Shown piece by piece: positions 20,412 through 29,340 of a DNA stretch of 64,000 nt. Positions within the stretch are counted from its first letter, which is position 1, and every line of letters begins with the position of its first letter. Source of the DNA: Candidatus Nomurabacteria bacterium RIFCSPHIGHO2_01_FULL_41_71 (lineage in GTDB: Bacteria; Patescibacteriota; Minisyncoccia; Phycocordibacterales; UBA9973); contig MFTQ01000004.1 in assembly GCA_001785355.1 (NCBI GenBank), positions 3,612-67,611 of the forward strand. Direction: 5' to 3'. The position numbers and the translations under genes are program-made. Under the pieces are notes generated by a model. It was given only the letters and a program-made list of their open reading frames with translations, ran no database searches and was not told the DNA's origin.

Positions 20412-20492
20412 GACATAGCTCTGAATTTTGTCGTAAAATTTTTAGTTATGTCTTTTAAGTCCTTCACAAGAGGATTTTTACTATTGTAAATT

Positions 20493-21071
20493 ATGGAAAA
20501 AAATATGAAAGACAAAAATAAAATTATCGCATTCATCGTTATAATAGCAATTCTTATCATTGGGCTTTTCTTTTTTGGAAAGCCTGGTAAAGATGAAGGT
20601 GTTGCAACCAGCGCTAAAGGAATTCCAGAAGGCGCTCAAGAATTAGTAAACTCACATACAGCAGGAACAGAAGATATAACTACAAGTATTTTGACTGCCC
20701 CAGAAACATTCTATGACTTCGGCACTATCTCTATGAAGAATGGCAATGTAAGTAAAGTATTTAAAGTAACTAACTTCACAACTCAAGATATAAAAGTACC
20801 AAGTTTAACCACTTCTTGTATGTGCACCACTGCGTACATCATAAAATCAGATGGAAGTAGAAGTAGACCTTTTGGTATGCCTGGTCACGGCGGGGCAGTT
20901 CCCAAGGCCAACGCTATCGTAGGAGCCGGTGGATCACTCGACATTGAAGTTGTCTTTGATCCGAATGCTCACGGTCCGGCCGGAGTCGGACTTATTGAGC
21001 GCGTCGTTTTTCTGGAAGACGAGAACAAAAATACAGTCGAGCTCAAGTTTAGAGCTAACGTAACTCCATAA
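20493..21071 (+). CDS. Membrane-anchored DUF1573-like Ig-fold protein
   Basis: YDFGTI, TSCMCT, GMPGHGG, FDPNAHG. Confidence 0.75.
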   Translation: MEKNMKDKNKIIAFIVIIAILIIGLFFFGKPGKDEGVATSAKGIPEGAQELVNSHTAGTEDITTSILTAPETFYDFGTISMKNGNVSKVFKVTNFTTQDIKVPSLTTSCMCTTAYIIKSDGSRSRPFGMPGHGGAVPKANAIVGAGGSLDIEVVFDPNAHGPAGVGLIERVVFLEDENKNTVELKFRANVTP

Positions 21072-21076
21072 ATAAT

Positions 21077-21859
21077 ATGAAAAAATTCATTATTACAATT
21101 AGCATTATTATTATTATTGTTATAGTTGGATTAGTTGTGCTAAAAAATAGTTCAATTATTTCATCAATAATCTGGAGTTTGAGTAGAGAAGGTACTTGGC
21201 TTCTGCCCCTTGTCCTTATTGCCGCCATCCTAGATAGCGTGCATCCCTGCTCATTCTCAATTCTTCTTATAACCATTGCATTTCTTTTTGGTATGCAAGT
21301 AAGTCGAAAAAAAATCCTTCAACTAGGTGGGACATATGTAGTTGGTATATTCATGGCATATTTCCTAATTGGGCTTGGAATACTAAAAGTACTGCATCTC
21401 TTCAATACCCCCCATTTTATGGGGAAATTGGGGGCGACGGTTCTTATTATCTTTGGTGTGTTAAATCTTCTTAATCGTTTCTTTCCGGCATTTCCGATCA
21501 AACTCAAAATTCCAGGAGTAGCTCATTCAGCTATGAGTAAGTTCATGGATAAAGCGTCGTTTCTTGCTGTATTTATCCTTGGAATACTTGTTGGTATTTG
21601 CCAATTCCCATGTATGGGTGGACCATACCTTATGGTTATCGGACTCTTGCGCGATCAAATGACATATATGAGCGGATTCAATTATCTTTTGCTCTATAAC
21701 TTCATTCTGATTATTCCCTTGGTTGCGATTTTGTTCATATCAGCAAACAAATTATTGGTTGACAAAATGCAGATATGGAAGCGTGACAATATAGACGAAG
21801 TCCGACTTTGGGCGGGAATTGCCATGATTATTATTGGAATCTTAATTTTCTTTATTTAA
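21077..21859 (+). CDS. CcdA/DsbD-type transmembrane thiol-redox protein
   Basis: Multi-TM with DSVHPC and QFPCMGGPY cysteine pair. Confidence 0.8.
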   Translation: MKKFIITISIIIIIVIVGLVVLKNSSIISSIIWSLSREGTWLLPLVLIAAILDSVHPCSFSILLITIAFLFGMQVSRKKILQLGGTYVVGIFMAYFLIGLGILKVLHLFNTPHFMGKLGATVLIIFGVLNLLNRFFPAFPIKLKIPGVAHSAMSKFMDKASFLAVFILGILVGICQFPCMGGPYLMVIGLLRDQMTYMSGFNYLLLYNFILIIPLVAILFISANKLLVDKMQIWKRDNIDEVRLWAGIAMIIIGILIFFI

Positions 21860-21861
21860 TT

Positions 21862-22173
21862 ATGATTATTCCCATAATATCTATTTTTCTCTTGACTCTA
21901 AGCGTATGGGTAATTAATAAAAAATTGCCTATACAAATCTGTTCTATTTGCGCTGGGGTAACACTCACGTGGCTTTGGATGCTTGGAGGGATGTGGTTGG
22001 GGTTTATTTCTGTTTCTCGTTATGAGTTTCCAGTTGCAATCTTGATGGGCGCTACAATCGGGGGCATCGTGACAGAACTCAAAAAAATGTTCTTGAAATT
22101 CAGAAACAAAAATGAGTTAAAAGAAAATAAAGAAGTCGAATCATTAGAAGATAAGTTAAAAAATTGTTGCTGA
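21862..22173 (+). CDS. Small membrane protein with CxxC and C-terminal CC
   Basis: ICSICAG, LKNCC; start moved to ATG 21862. Confidence 0.7.
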   Translation: MIIPIISIFLLTLSVWVINKKLPIQICSICAGVTLTWLWMLGGMWLGFISVSRYEFPVAILMGATIGGIVTELKKMFLKFRNKNELKENKEVESLEDKLKNCC

Positions 22174-22174
22174 A

Positions 22175-22981
22175 ATGAAAAATAGAATAAAAGAAATATT
22201 ATATGGATTTTTAGTTATTTTTGTGATTTTGGTTTTGGGTTTTACTCCAGTTGCCCAAAAAGAATTATTTTCTTTGGATTGGAAAAACTTTGGCTTACAA
22301 ATGGTCGAAGCTGGAGTAATTGATCAAACAAAGTTTGAAAATCTCTATACCCAAAGAGGCGGACTGAGCGAAGCTGATAAAAAATTGCTTTACGGAGCTG
22401 ATAATAAAAATCTTGTAATTAATTCTGAAAACTCAGGAGTAGTGTTAAATATGCTTTGGGCTTTTGGGCTAGCTAATAAGAATCCGATTCTAGAAAATGG
22501 TTCGATAATGGACCCTAAATATGGAGGTGCGGGAAATTTCGCATCTACGGGCGGATGGACATTGGCCAAAGGAAATGCAATGGATCACTACAGTATGCAT
22601 TCGTTTGTGACACTTACACCAGAACAGCAAGCACTCGTCGAAAGGGTTTCAAAAGGAATATTTAGACCATGTTGCAACAATTCGACTTATTTTCCGGATT
22701 GTAATCACGGCATGGCTATGCTGGGATTACTAGAACTTATGGCTTCACAAGGAGCAACTGAAGCAGATATGTATAAAATTACCTTAGAGGTAAATACACT
22801 GTGGTTTCCAGATACATACGAAGCAATTAAAACCTTTGTCACATCTCAAGGTATTGATTGGAACACCATTGACCCAAAAAAAATCCTAGGAGCTGATTAT
22901 TCGAGTGTGTCGGGGTATCAAAAGATATTATCACAAATAAAACCACAGGAACAAAAGGGAGGAGCAAGCTGTGGAGCTTAA
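22175..22981 (+). CDS. Hypothetical secreted Cys/His-rich protein
   Basis: N-terminal TM, RPCCNNST, PDCNHG, terminal SCGA. Confidence 0.75.
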   Translation: MKNRIKEILYGFLVIFVILVLGFTPVAQKELFSLDWKNFGLQMVEAGVIDQTKFENLYTQRGGLSEADKKLLYGADNKNLVINSENSGVVLNMLWAFGLANKNPILENGSIMDPKYGGAGNFASTGGWTLAKGNAMDHYSMHSFVTLTPEQQALVERVSKGIFRPCCNNSTYFPDCNHGMAMLGLLELMASQGATEADMYKITLEVNTLWFPDTYEAIKTFVTSQGIDWNTIDPKKILGADYSSVSGYQKILSQIKPQEQKGGASCGA

Positions 22982-23002
22982 AAGATTAATTAAAAAATCA
23001 TT

Positions 23003-23533
23003 ATGAAAACAGAACACAAAGTATTTATAGGAATTGGATTATTAACATTAGTTATTATCGTGGGTGGCACATTGTTGTCTACCAAAGGGGGATTAAAAAA
23101 ACAAGAAGAACTTAGCAAGACCATGATGGGAGAAAAGATTGCTGATTTAGGCGCAGCGCATGTTGCAAAAAATGCGCCACATTCGGGATATAATTCAAAT
23201 CCTCCGACTTCCGGACCACATTGGACTGGCGTGGCGGGAGCCGGAATTAAAGACGAGCCTGTTCCCGACGAACTTGTGCTTCATAGTATGGAGCATGGCG
23301 CAGCGGTTGTGTGGTATAGGGAGGATTTAGCACAAAGTGATGTAGATATAATTAGGAGCGCATTTCAAAGTGCATCCGGGAAAAAAATAATGTTGCCACG
23401 TAAAGATCTAGATGTTCCAGTCGCTCTTACATCATGGGGTTACCTTCTTGAACTTGATACGATTGATGGTGAAAAAATTAAAAAATTCATAGAAACCAAT
23501 AACGATAGGGCCCCAGAGAAAGCGCCTATTTAA
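23003..23533 (+). CDS. DUF3105-like membrane-anchored protein
   Basis: YNSNPPTSGPH, LHSMEHGA, ALTSWG. Confidence 0.8.
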   Translation: MKTEHKVFIGIGLLTLVIIVGGTLLSTKGGLKKQEELSKTMMGEKIADLGAAHVAKNAPHSGYNSNPPTSGPHWTGVAGAGIKDEPVPDELVLHSMEHGAAVVWYREDLAQSDVDIIRSAFQSASGKKIMLPRKDLDVPVALTSWGYLLELDTIDGEKIKKFIETNNDRAPEKAPI

Positions 23534-23559
23534 GGAATTGGTTATCCACAGCTCTTGAT

Positions 23560-23587
23560 TTGACAATAGGATATAGGGGTATATACT
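23560..23587 (+). promoter_or_regulatory. Sigma70 promoter of csoR-copA operon with G-tract operator-like sequence
   Basis: TTGACA-16 nt-TATACT; GGGGTAT overlaps the -10, like CsoR G/C-tract operators. Confidence 0.65.
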
Positions 23588-23627
23588 ACTATAGTAGGTC
23601 GAGATTAATAACTAATTTATATAAATT

Positions 23628-23900
23628 ATGTTAGATCAAAAATTAAAAAAGAGAGCATTACATCGGGCTAAAATAATTCGTGGTCAGATAGATGGTCTAG
23701 TTAAAGCAATTGAGGTAGAAAAATATTGTGTTGATCTCATTACACAATCTCGGTCAATTCAACTGTCATTAAAAAGTATGGATAGGTTACTTTTGGCTAA
23801 CCATCTTCAGGGACATGTAAAGCATATGCTCAATGACACAAAACAAGAACATAAAGTCATTAAAGAACTCGTGGATCTGTATGCATTATCAAATAAATAA
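23628..23900 (+). CDS. csoR: CsoR/RcnR-family metal-sensing repressor
   Basis: RAKIIRGQIDG..YCVDLITQ..HLQGHV. Confidence 0.85.
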   Translation: MLDQKLKKRALHRAKIIRGQIDGLVKAIEVEKYCVDLITQSRSIQLSLKSMDRLLLANHLQGHVKHMLNDTKQEHKVIKELVDLYALSNK

Positions 23901-23905
23901 AATTT

Positions 23906-24157
23906 ATGAATACTACACGTGCCATTAAAATAGGATTAGCTTGGATAAACATCACATATATATTATGTTATGTCATTTGGGGATTATTGCCTATAGCCCG
24001 ACCATCAGTTCTTCCATATATTTTGCATCTTAATGTGGGTCCTGTAGAAACTATCTTTACCTTCGGTAATTTCATTGGTGGACTGGTTCTTTGGAATGTG
24101 ATTACGGGAGCTGGTATTTGGTTTGTTGGTTTTCTTGCTAAATATATTAAAAATTAA
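23906..24157 (+). CDS. Small two-TM membrane protein (DUF5676-like)
   Basis: YILC..LH..F.GGLVLW pattern in metal operon. Confidence 0.6.
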   Translation: MNTTRAIKIGLAWINITYILCYVIWGLLPIARPSVLPYILHLNVGPVETIFTFGNFIGGLVLWNVITGAGIWFVGFLAKYIKN

Positions 24158-24171
24158 TTACAAAAATTGAT

Positions 24172-24417
24172 ATGATGTACGGATATAATAACTATGGTGA
24201 TTGGGGTGCTGGTAGTATGGTAGGTTGGTTTGGTGGTGGATTTATGATGTTTTTTTTCTGGGCTCTGATTATTATCTTCATTGTTTGGGTTGTGCGTGAA
24301 GTTGGCAGTAAAAATTCAAAATCAGGATCAAATGCTCTTGATATTTTAAAAGAACGATATGCAAAAGGTGAGATTGATAAAAAAGAGTTCGAGGAAAAGA
24401 AAAAAGATTTAATTTAG
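24172..24417 (+). CDS. SHOCT-domain membrane protein
   Basis: Gly/Met-rich N-terminus, TM, ALDILKERYAKGEIDKKEFEEKK. Confidence 0.88.
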   Translation: MMYGYNNYGDWGAGSMVGWFGGGFMMFFFWALIIIFIVWVVREVGSKNSKSGSNALDILKERYAKGEIDKKEFEEKKKDLI

Positions 24418-24431
24418 TAAAATAAAATTCT

Positions 24432-24755
24432 ATGAAACTAGGTATTATTTTACAATCAAATAAACCAGAACACATATGGAATACATTTCGTCTTGGCATT
24501 ACTACACTTAAAGCTGGGCATCAAGCGGAAGTTTTTTTAATGAACGAAGGTTCAGAATTAGACTCTATTCCTGACACCAAAGATTTTGATATTTCTGCAA
24601 GAGTGGCTGAATTCAAAAACCTAAAAGGTAATGTTTATGTTTGTGGCACTTGTATAAAATTACGGGGAAAAGAAAGCAACATATGTCCAGTTTCCACGAT
24701 GTCGGACTTACTTAAAATGGTTGAAAGTTCAGATAAAGTTTTAGTTTTTGGTTAA
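24432..24755 (+). CDS. DsrE/DsrF-family sulfur-relay-like protein
   Basis: VFLMNEG, VCGTC..RG, CPVSTM, SDKVLVF. Confidence 0.85.
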   Translation: MKLGIILQSNKPEHIWNTFRLGITTLKAGHQAEVFLMNEGSELDSIPDTKDFDISARVAEFKNLKGNVYVCGTCIKLRGKESNICPVSTMSDLLKMVESSDKVLVFG

Positions 24756-24813
24756 AATTAGCATTTAATAAAAATAATTCTTAATTTTGGCATCTTAAAA
24801 AATCTTTAAAGAT

Positions 24814-27051
24814 ATGAAAAATAATTACCAAGATCATAAGGAAACAGAAGAAATAATATATACCTGCCCAATGCACCCGGAAGTAATCAAGAACATTCCT
24901 GGCTCATGCCCAAAGTGTGGCATGAGACTTGTGAAGACTGAAGCAAAAACACGCAATAGTGATCATGCTGGTCATGTAATGGGTGATCCATCAAAAATGG
25001 GTTTCTGGGAGAAATTTAAAATGAGCATGTCGATGACAATGGGTATGGATCATACAGGACTTGCCGGTCGGGAAATGGCGCGTCTCATGGAGATAGATAT
25101 TCGGAATAAATTCTTCTTCACGCTTATTCTTACAATTCCTATTATTTTGTATTCACCTCTAGGCACGGAGTTTCTGAAAATTAATCTTCCTTTCCCAATA
25201 CCACTTCCCTGGCTCCTCTTTATTTTAACAACACCGGTATTTTTCTATTCTGGTTGGATTTTTCTATATTCAACATACTTTGCTCTCAAAAGTAAGGTGC
25301 TCAATATGGCGGTGCTCATTGCCGTCGGTATTACCGCGGCTTATGGCTTCAGCATTTTATTAACCCTGATCGGTAGTGCCGATTCATATTACGAAGCGGC
25401 CGCTATGCTTATTACTTTTGTCTTGTTTGGTCACTGGATGGAGATGAAATCTCGTCGCGGAACAACCGACGCTCTCCAAGCACTTTTCAATCTCGTCCCG
25501 CCTCAAGCCAGAATTTTTAAAGATGGGAAGGAAGTAATGGTTTCCACTTCAGATATACAACTTGGCGACATTATTATATTGAAGCCGGGAGACAAGGTTC
25601 CTGTCGATGGAGAAATTACCGAAGGGGAAACCGCCATAGATGAATCTTTGGTTACTGGGGAATCAATTCCTACTTCAAAAAAGATTGGGGATCAAGTAAT
25701 TGGCGGATCAATCAACACTGCCGGATCGGTGAAATTTAAGGCGACAAAAGTCGGCAAAGACACCGCTCTTGCACGAATTGTGGCGATGGTTGAAGAAGCG
25801 CAGAATTCAAAAGCCCCTGGACAAAGAATTGCTGATCAGTTTGCAAAATATTTAGTTATTGGGGCAGTCGGATCTGGTCTTTTAGTTTTTGGTGTTTGGT
25901 ATTTTATTATGGGGGTACCGATTATTCTAGCACTCTCCTTTGCGATCGCTACGGTTGTCATTGCCTGTCCCGATGCGTTAGGACTTGCTACACCGACTGC
26001 TGTGGCTGTCGGCACAGGCCTCGGAGCAAAACATAATATTCTTATAAAAGATGCACCAACTCTTGAACAAGTTTCAAAAATCCAAGCCATTGTGCTCGAT
26101 AAAACAGGAACTCTAACTGAAGGAAAGCCGAAAATAATAGATGTTGCTACCGTAGATGGTTTTGATGCAAGCGAAGCACTTCGTCTAGTCGGTGCGGCTG
26201 AAGCTAAGTCATCCCACCCTTTGGCTGGTGCGGTACTCAATGAACTTAAAAAACGTGGCCTTACATTGCCAGAGTCGGTTGATAAATTTGAAAATCTTTC
26301 TGGCTTGGGGGTGAAAGCTATCGTAGATGGAAAACAAGTTCTGATAGGTACAGTGAAGCTCATGAAAGAAAACAACATTGTTCTCGGGGCATTAAAGAAA
26401 CAAATAAATGAGTTTCTGGAAAAAGGGGAAACGATCATGATTCTTGCGGTTGACGGCGCTGTCAAAGCTGTAATCGGTGCGGCTGATCCAATAAAACCTA
26501 CCGCTGTAAAAACGGTTGAACGATTGAAGGCTTTGGGTATTGAAATTGCCATGATCACGGGCGACAATAAAATGACCGCAGAAAAAGTAGCCAGTCAAAT
26601 TGGCATCGAAAGAGTGTTTGCTGAAGTAATGCCTGCAGACAAAGCAAGCTATGTAAAAAAGTTACAACAGGAAGGAAAATTCACGGCCATGGTCGGAGAT
26701 GGAGTTAACGACGCACCCGCGCTCGCTCAATCTGATGTGGGCATTGCCATTGGTGCAGGCACGGACGTAGCTATAGAGACCGCAAAAGTCGTGTTGATGA
26801 AATCTGACCCGTTAGATATACTGCGAGCAATAACCTTGAGCAAGGCAACAGTTCGCAAAATGAAACAAAATCTTTTCTGGGCTTCAATTTATAATGTTCT
26901 AGCGATACCAGTTGCCGGTGGAATTCTGTATCCTAGCTTCGGTATTATGCTTCGTCCGGAATTTGCGGCACTCCTTATGAGTATTTCTTCAATAATCGTT
27001 GCAACAAATGCAGTATTATTAAAAAGAGTCGAGAAAGATTTAGTAGTATAA
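24814..27051 (+). CDS. copA: Copper-type P1B ATPase
   Basis: YTCPMHP..CPKCGM, TGES, ACPDALGLATP, DKTGTLT, SSHP, GDGVNDAPAL, YN, MSISS. Confidence 0.92.
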   Translation: MKNNYQDHKETEEIIYTCPMHPEVIKNIPGSCPKCGMRLVKTEAKTRNSDHAGHVMGDPSKMGFWEKFKMSMSMTMGMDHTGLAGREMARLMEIDIRNKFFFTLILTIPIILYSPLGTEFLKINLPFPIPLPWLLFILTTPVFFYSGWIFLYSTYFALKSKVLNMAVLIAVGITAAYGFSILLTLIGSADSYYEAAAMLITFVLFGHWMEMKSRRGTTDALQALFNLVPPQARIFKDGKEVMVSTSDIQLGDIIILKPGDKVPVDGEITEGETAIDESLVTGESIPTSKKIGDQVIGGSINTAGSVKFKATKVGKDTALARIVAMVEEAQNSKAPGQRIADQFAKYLVIGAVGSGLLVFGVWYFIMGVPIILALSFAIATVVIACPDALGLATPTAVAVGTGLGAKHNILIKDAPTLEQVSKIQAIVLDKTGTLTEGKPKIIDVATVDGFDASEALRLVGAAEAKSSHPLAGAVLNELKKRGLTLPESVDKFENLSGLGVKAIVDGKQVLIGTVKLMKENNIVLGALKKQINEFLEKGETIMILAVDGAVKAVIGAADPIKPTAVKTVERLKALGIEIAMITGDNKMTAEKVASQIGIERVFAEVMPADKASYVKKLQQEGKFTAMVGDGVNDAPALAQSDVGIAIGAGTDVAIETAKVVLMKSDPLDILRAITLSKATVRKMKQNLFWASIYNVLAIPVAGGILYPSFGIMLRPEFAALLMSISSIIVATNAVLLKRVEKDLVV

Positions 27052-27888
27052 AGTTTTTTTAAAATAAATTTTTTTAGACGCATCAAACCATTTGATATCT
27101 TTATCGCGTTTAAACCAGGTCATCTGACGCTTGGCATATTTGATAGTTTCCGTTATTACTTTTTCAGGAGTTGGATGAAAATATTCAAAGCCAAGTTCTC
27201 GTAGTCTATTTTCCGAAACGCCCGATTTCTTTAACTTTTCGATTTCTTTTAAAAGTCCCGTTTTAAACATTTTTTTTACACGTTTTTCCACCTTCTCTTT
27301 TAATTTTTCTGGAGGCAGATATAATCCAATTTTGATAAATTTATAACTTAGTACTCCGAGTACTAAGTGGGGGACTTTACCTAAGGCTTTGGCTATTTCA
27401 ATTGCCCTGATCAATCTGACTTTATTTTTTGGATCTATATTTTTTGCTCTATTTTTGTCTAACTTTATCAATATACGAAATAATACGGTCGCACTTTTTT
27501 GTGCCAATTTGCGGCGTAATTTTTTATCAAGAGGAACTGAGGGAAATTTTAATCCTTTTGTTACCGCATCGATATAGAATCCGGTACCACCGCAGATGAT
27601 CGGAATTTTACCTCGGCTGACAATCTCCGCCATAGCGGAGATTGTCAGCTTTTGATATTTTTCAACTGAAAATTTATTTTTCGGACTAATCACATTTAAC
27701 AAATGATGGGGTGTCCCCATCATTTGTTTTTTGGTAATTTTACCGGTACCAATATCGAGCCCCTTATAGACTTGTCTCGAATCGGCCGAAATTATTTCGC
27801 CACCGATTTTTCCGGCAATTTTCACCGCTAAATCACTTTTACCAGTGGCGGTTTGGCCTAAAATGACGATTACTTTCGGTTTTTTCAT
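27040..27888 (-). CDS. miaA: tRNA dimethylallyltransferase
   Basis: GQTATGKS, ADSRQVYKGLDIGTGK, GGTGFY, YAKRQMTWF. Confidence 0.97.
   Translation of the reverse strand: MKKPKVIVILGQTATGKSDLAVKIAGKIGGEIISADSRQVYKGLDIGTGKITKKQMMGTPHHLLNVISPKNKFSVEKYQKLTISAMAEIVSRGKIPIICGGTGFYIDAVTKGLKFPSVPLDKKLRRKLAQKSATVLFRILIKLDKNRAKNIDPKNKVRLIRAIEIAKALGKVPHLVLGVLSYKFIKIGLYLPPEKLKEKVEKRVKKMFKTGLLKEIEKLKKSGVSENRLRELGFEYFHPTPEKVITETIKYAKRQMTWFKRDKDIKWFDASKKIYFKKTLYY
27346..27369. repeat. Palindrome family C copy 2, in frame in miaA (HLVLGVLS)
   Basis: ACTTAGTACTCCGAGTACTAAGTG identical to 882-905. Confidence 0.93.
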
Positions 27889-27890
27889 TT

Positions 27891-29216
27891 TTAAATCCTC
27901 TTTATATCCGCGCCCAAGGCATTTAATTTTTCAACTATATTTTCATAACCGCGATCAATATGATTTGCAGGGTCGTTGATTATGCTTTTTCCTGGAGCTA
28001 GTAAACTGGCTAACAGCATATCTATACCGGCTCTTACGTCATGAGAATTCAATTCCGCAGACTGGAGTTTTGTCGGACCAAAGACATTGGCGCCGTAAGT
28101 TTCCTTGGCATTGTATTCCGAATCATTGAAATTATAAAATTTTGCGCCATAACCTTTAGGATGGAATAAATCATGCTTTAGGCCCATTTTTTGCAATTCG
28201 GCCAGATATCTCCATCTGGTTTCGAAAATTCTTTCATGAATCGTTGATTTACCTTTTGCCATATATGCAAGCAACAAAGTCATAAGCGGCTGCCAATCAG
28301 TCATAAAACCCGGATACCAATCGGTAATTATTTCCGTCGGTTTCAATGGTTTGTTGATTTTATTTATTTTTGCGGTATTTTTTTTAAAACCAATTTCAAC
28401 CCCGATTTTTTTTAAAGTTTCTATTAATGGTTCCAGAAGTTCCCTGGAAACGTTTTTAACAGTTATATTTCCACCGGTCATTATTGAAAGAATGATGGCT
28501 GTGGCCGCTTCAAGCCGGTCATAAATTGAATATGCATTTACTCCGCGCAAGAGGGGCGTCACTCCTATTATTTCAATAGTTCTCTGCTCGATTCTTTTTA
28601 TTTTCGCTCCCATATCATTCAGACAATTTATTAAATTATCAACTTCCGGCTCCGCCGCCGCATTTTTTAAAATTACTTTTCCTTCATTGAACACCGATGC
28701 CAAAATTAAATTTTCTGTTCCGGAATGGGTATTTTTTTCAAACGTATATATTGTTGATTTTGGTCTTTTTGGCATTGATATTTCTATTTTATTGTCATGT
28801 TCTAAAACTTTACCCCCCAGCGCTTTTATGCCTTCTAGGTGCCTGTTGAGCGGTCTTTTGCCGATGGCGTCTCCTCTGATGGGGTAGAAGATGACTTTAC
28901 CGGTTCTCGCCAGCGTCGCTCCAATAAAAAGCACCGATTGTCGCGCGGTCATTGCTTCAAGCGGAATTTCTGAAGAATTAATTTCTAAACTTTCAACTTC
29001 TATTATATTTTTATCCAAAAAACGCACTTTGCATCCGAGTGAAGTAAGCGCATCAATGGCTCTATAGGTATCCGAAATTCTCGGAATATTATGGAAAATA
29101 CATTTTTCTTTAGAAAGCAACGCTGTGATAGGCAGTTTTGGACCCGCATTTTTTGCCCCAGAAACAACGTATGTTCCCTTCAATGGTTTTCCACCCCATA
29201 CAATAAATTTACTCAT
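27891..29216 (-). CDS. murA: UDP-N-acetylglucosamine 1-carboxyvinyltransferase (Asp-type)
   Basis: SGAKNA, GDAIGKRP, GTENLI, NAAAEPE, DRLEA, PGFMTD, RGYE; true start ATG 29216 because the ORF extension runs through tRNA-Leu. Confidence 0.92.
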   Translation of the reverse strand: MSKFIVWGGKPLKGTYVVSGAKNAGPKLPITALLSKEKCIFHNIPRISDTYRAIDALTSLGCKVRFLDKNIIEVESLEINSSEIPLEAMTARQSVLFIGATLARTGKVIFYPIRGDAIGKRPLNRHLEGIKALGGKVLEHDNKIEISMPKRPKSTIYTFEKNTHSGTENLILASVFNEGKVILKNAAAEPEVDNLINCLNDMGAKIKRIEQRTIEIIGVTPLLRGVNAYSIYDRLEAATAIILSIMTGGNITVKNVSRELLEPLIETLKKIGVEIGFKKNTAKINKINKPLKPTEIITDWYPGFMTDWQPLMTLLLAYMAKGKSTIHERIFETRWRYLAELQKMGLKHDLFHPKGYGAKFYNFNDSEYNAKETYGANVFGPTKLQSAELNSHDVRAGIDMLLASLLAPGKSIINDPANHIDRGYENIVEKLNALGADIKRI

Positions 29217-29218
29217 AG

Positions 29219-29300
29219 TGCCGGAGGAGAGAATCGAACTCTCACCCCTTGCGAGACACGATTTTGAGTCGTGCGCGTCTACCAATTCCGCCACTCCGGC
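29219..29300 (-). tRNA. tRNA-Leu(CAA)
   Basis: GCCGGAGTGGCGGAATTGGTAGACGCG..CACGA-CTCAAAA-TCGTG, long variable arm, GTTCGATTC. Confidence 0.96.
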
Positions 29301-29340
29301 AGATTTACACTTTACTAAAATTTTATGTTAAAATCAATTC

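Noticed and set aside
20411-20456. AGACATAGCT..AGTTATGTCT hairpin as a metal riboswitch
   Set aside because: No recognisable aptamer consensus; a simple terminator or stabiliser suffices.
23542-23550. Perfect DnaA box TTATCCACA as oriC
   Set aside because: Single box, with no cluster or dnaA nearby.
29217-29294. 26-aa N-terminal extension of MurA
   Set aside because: It is the translation of tRNA-Leu.
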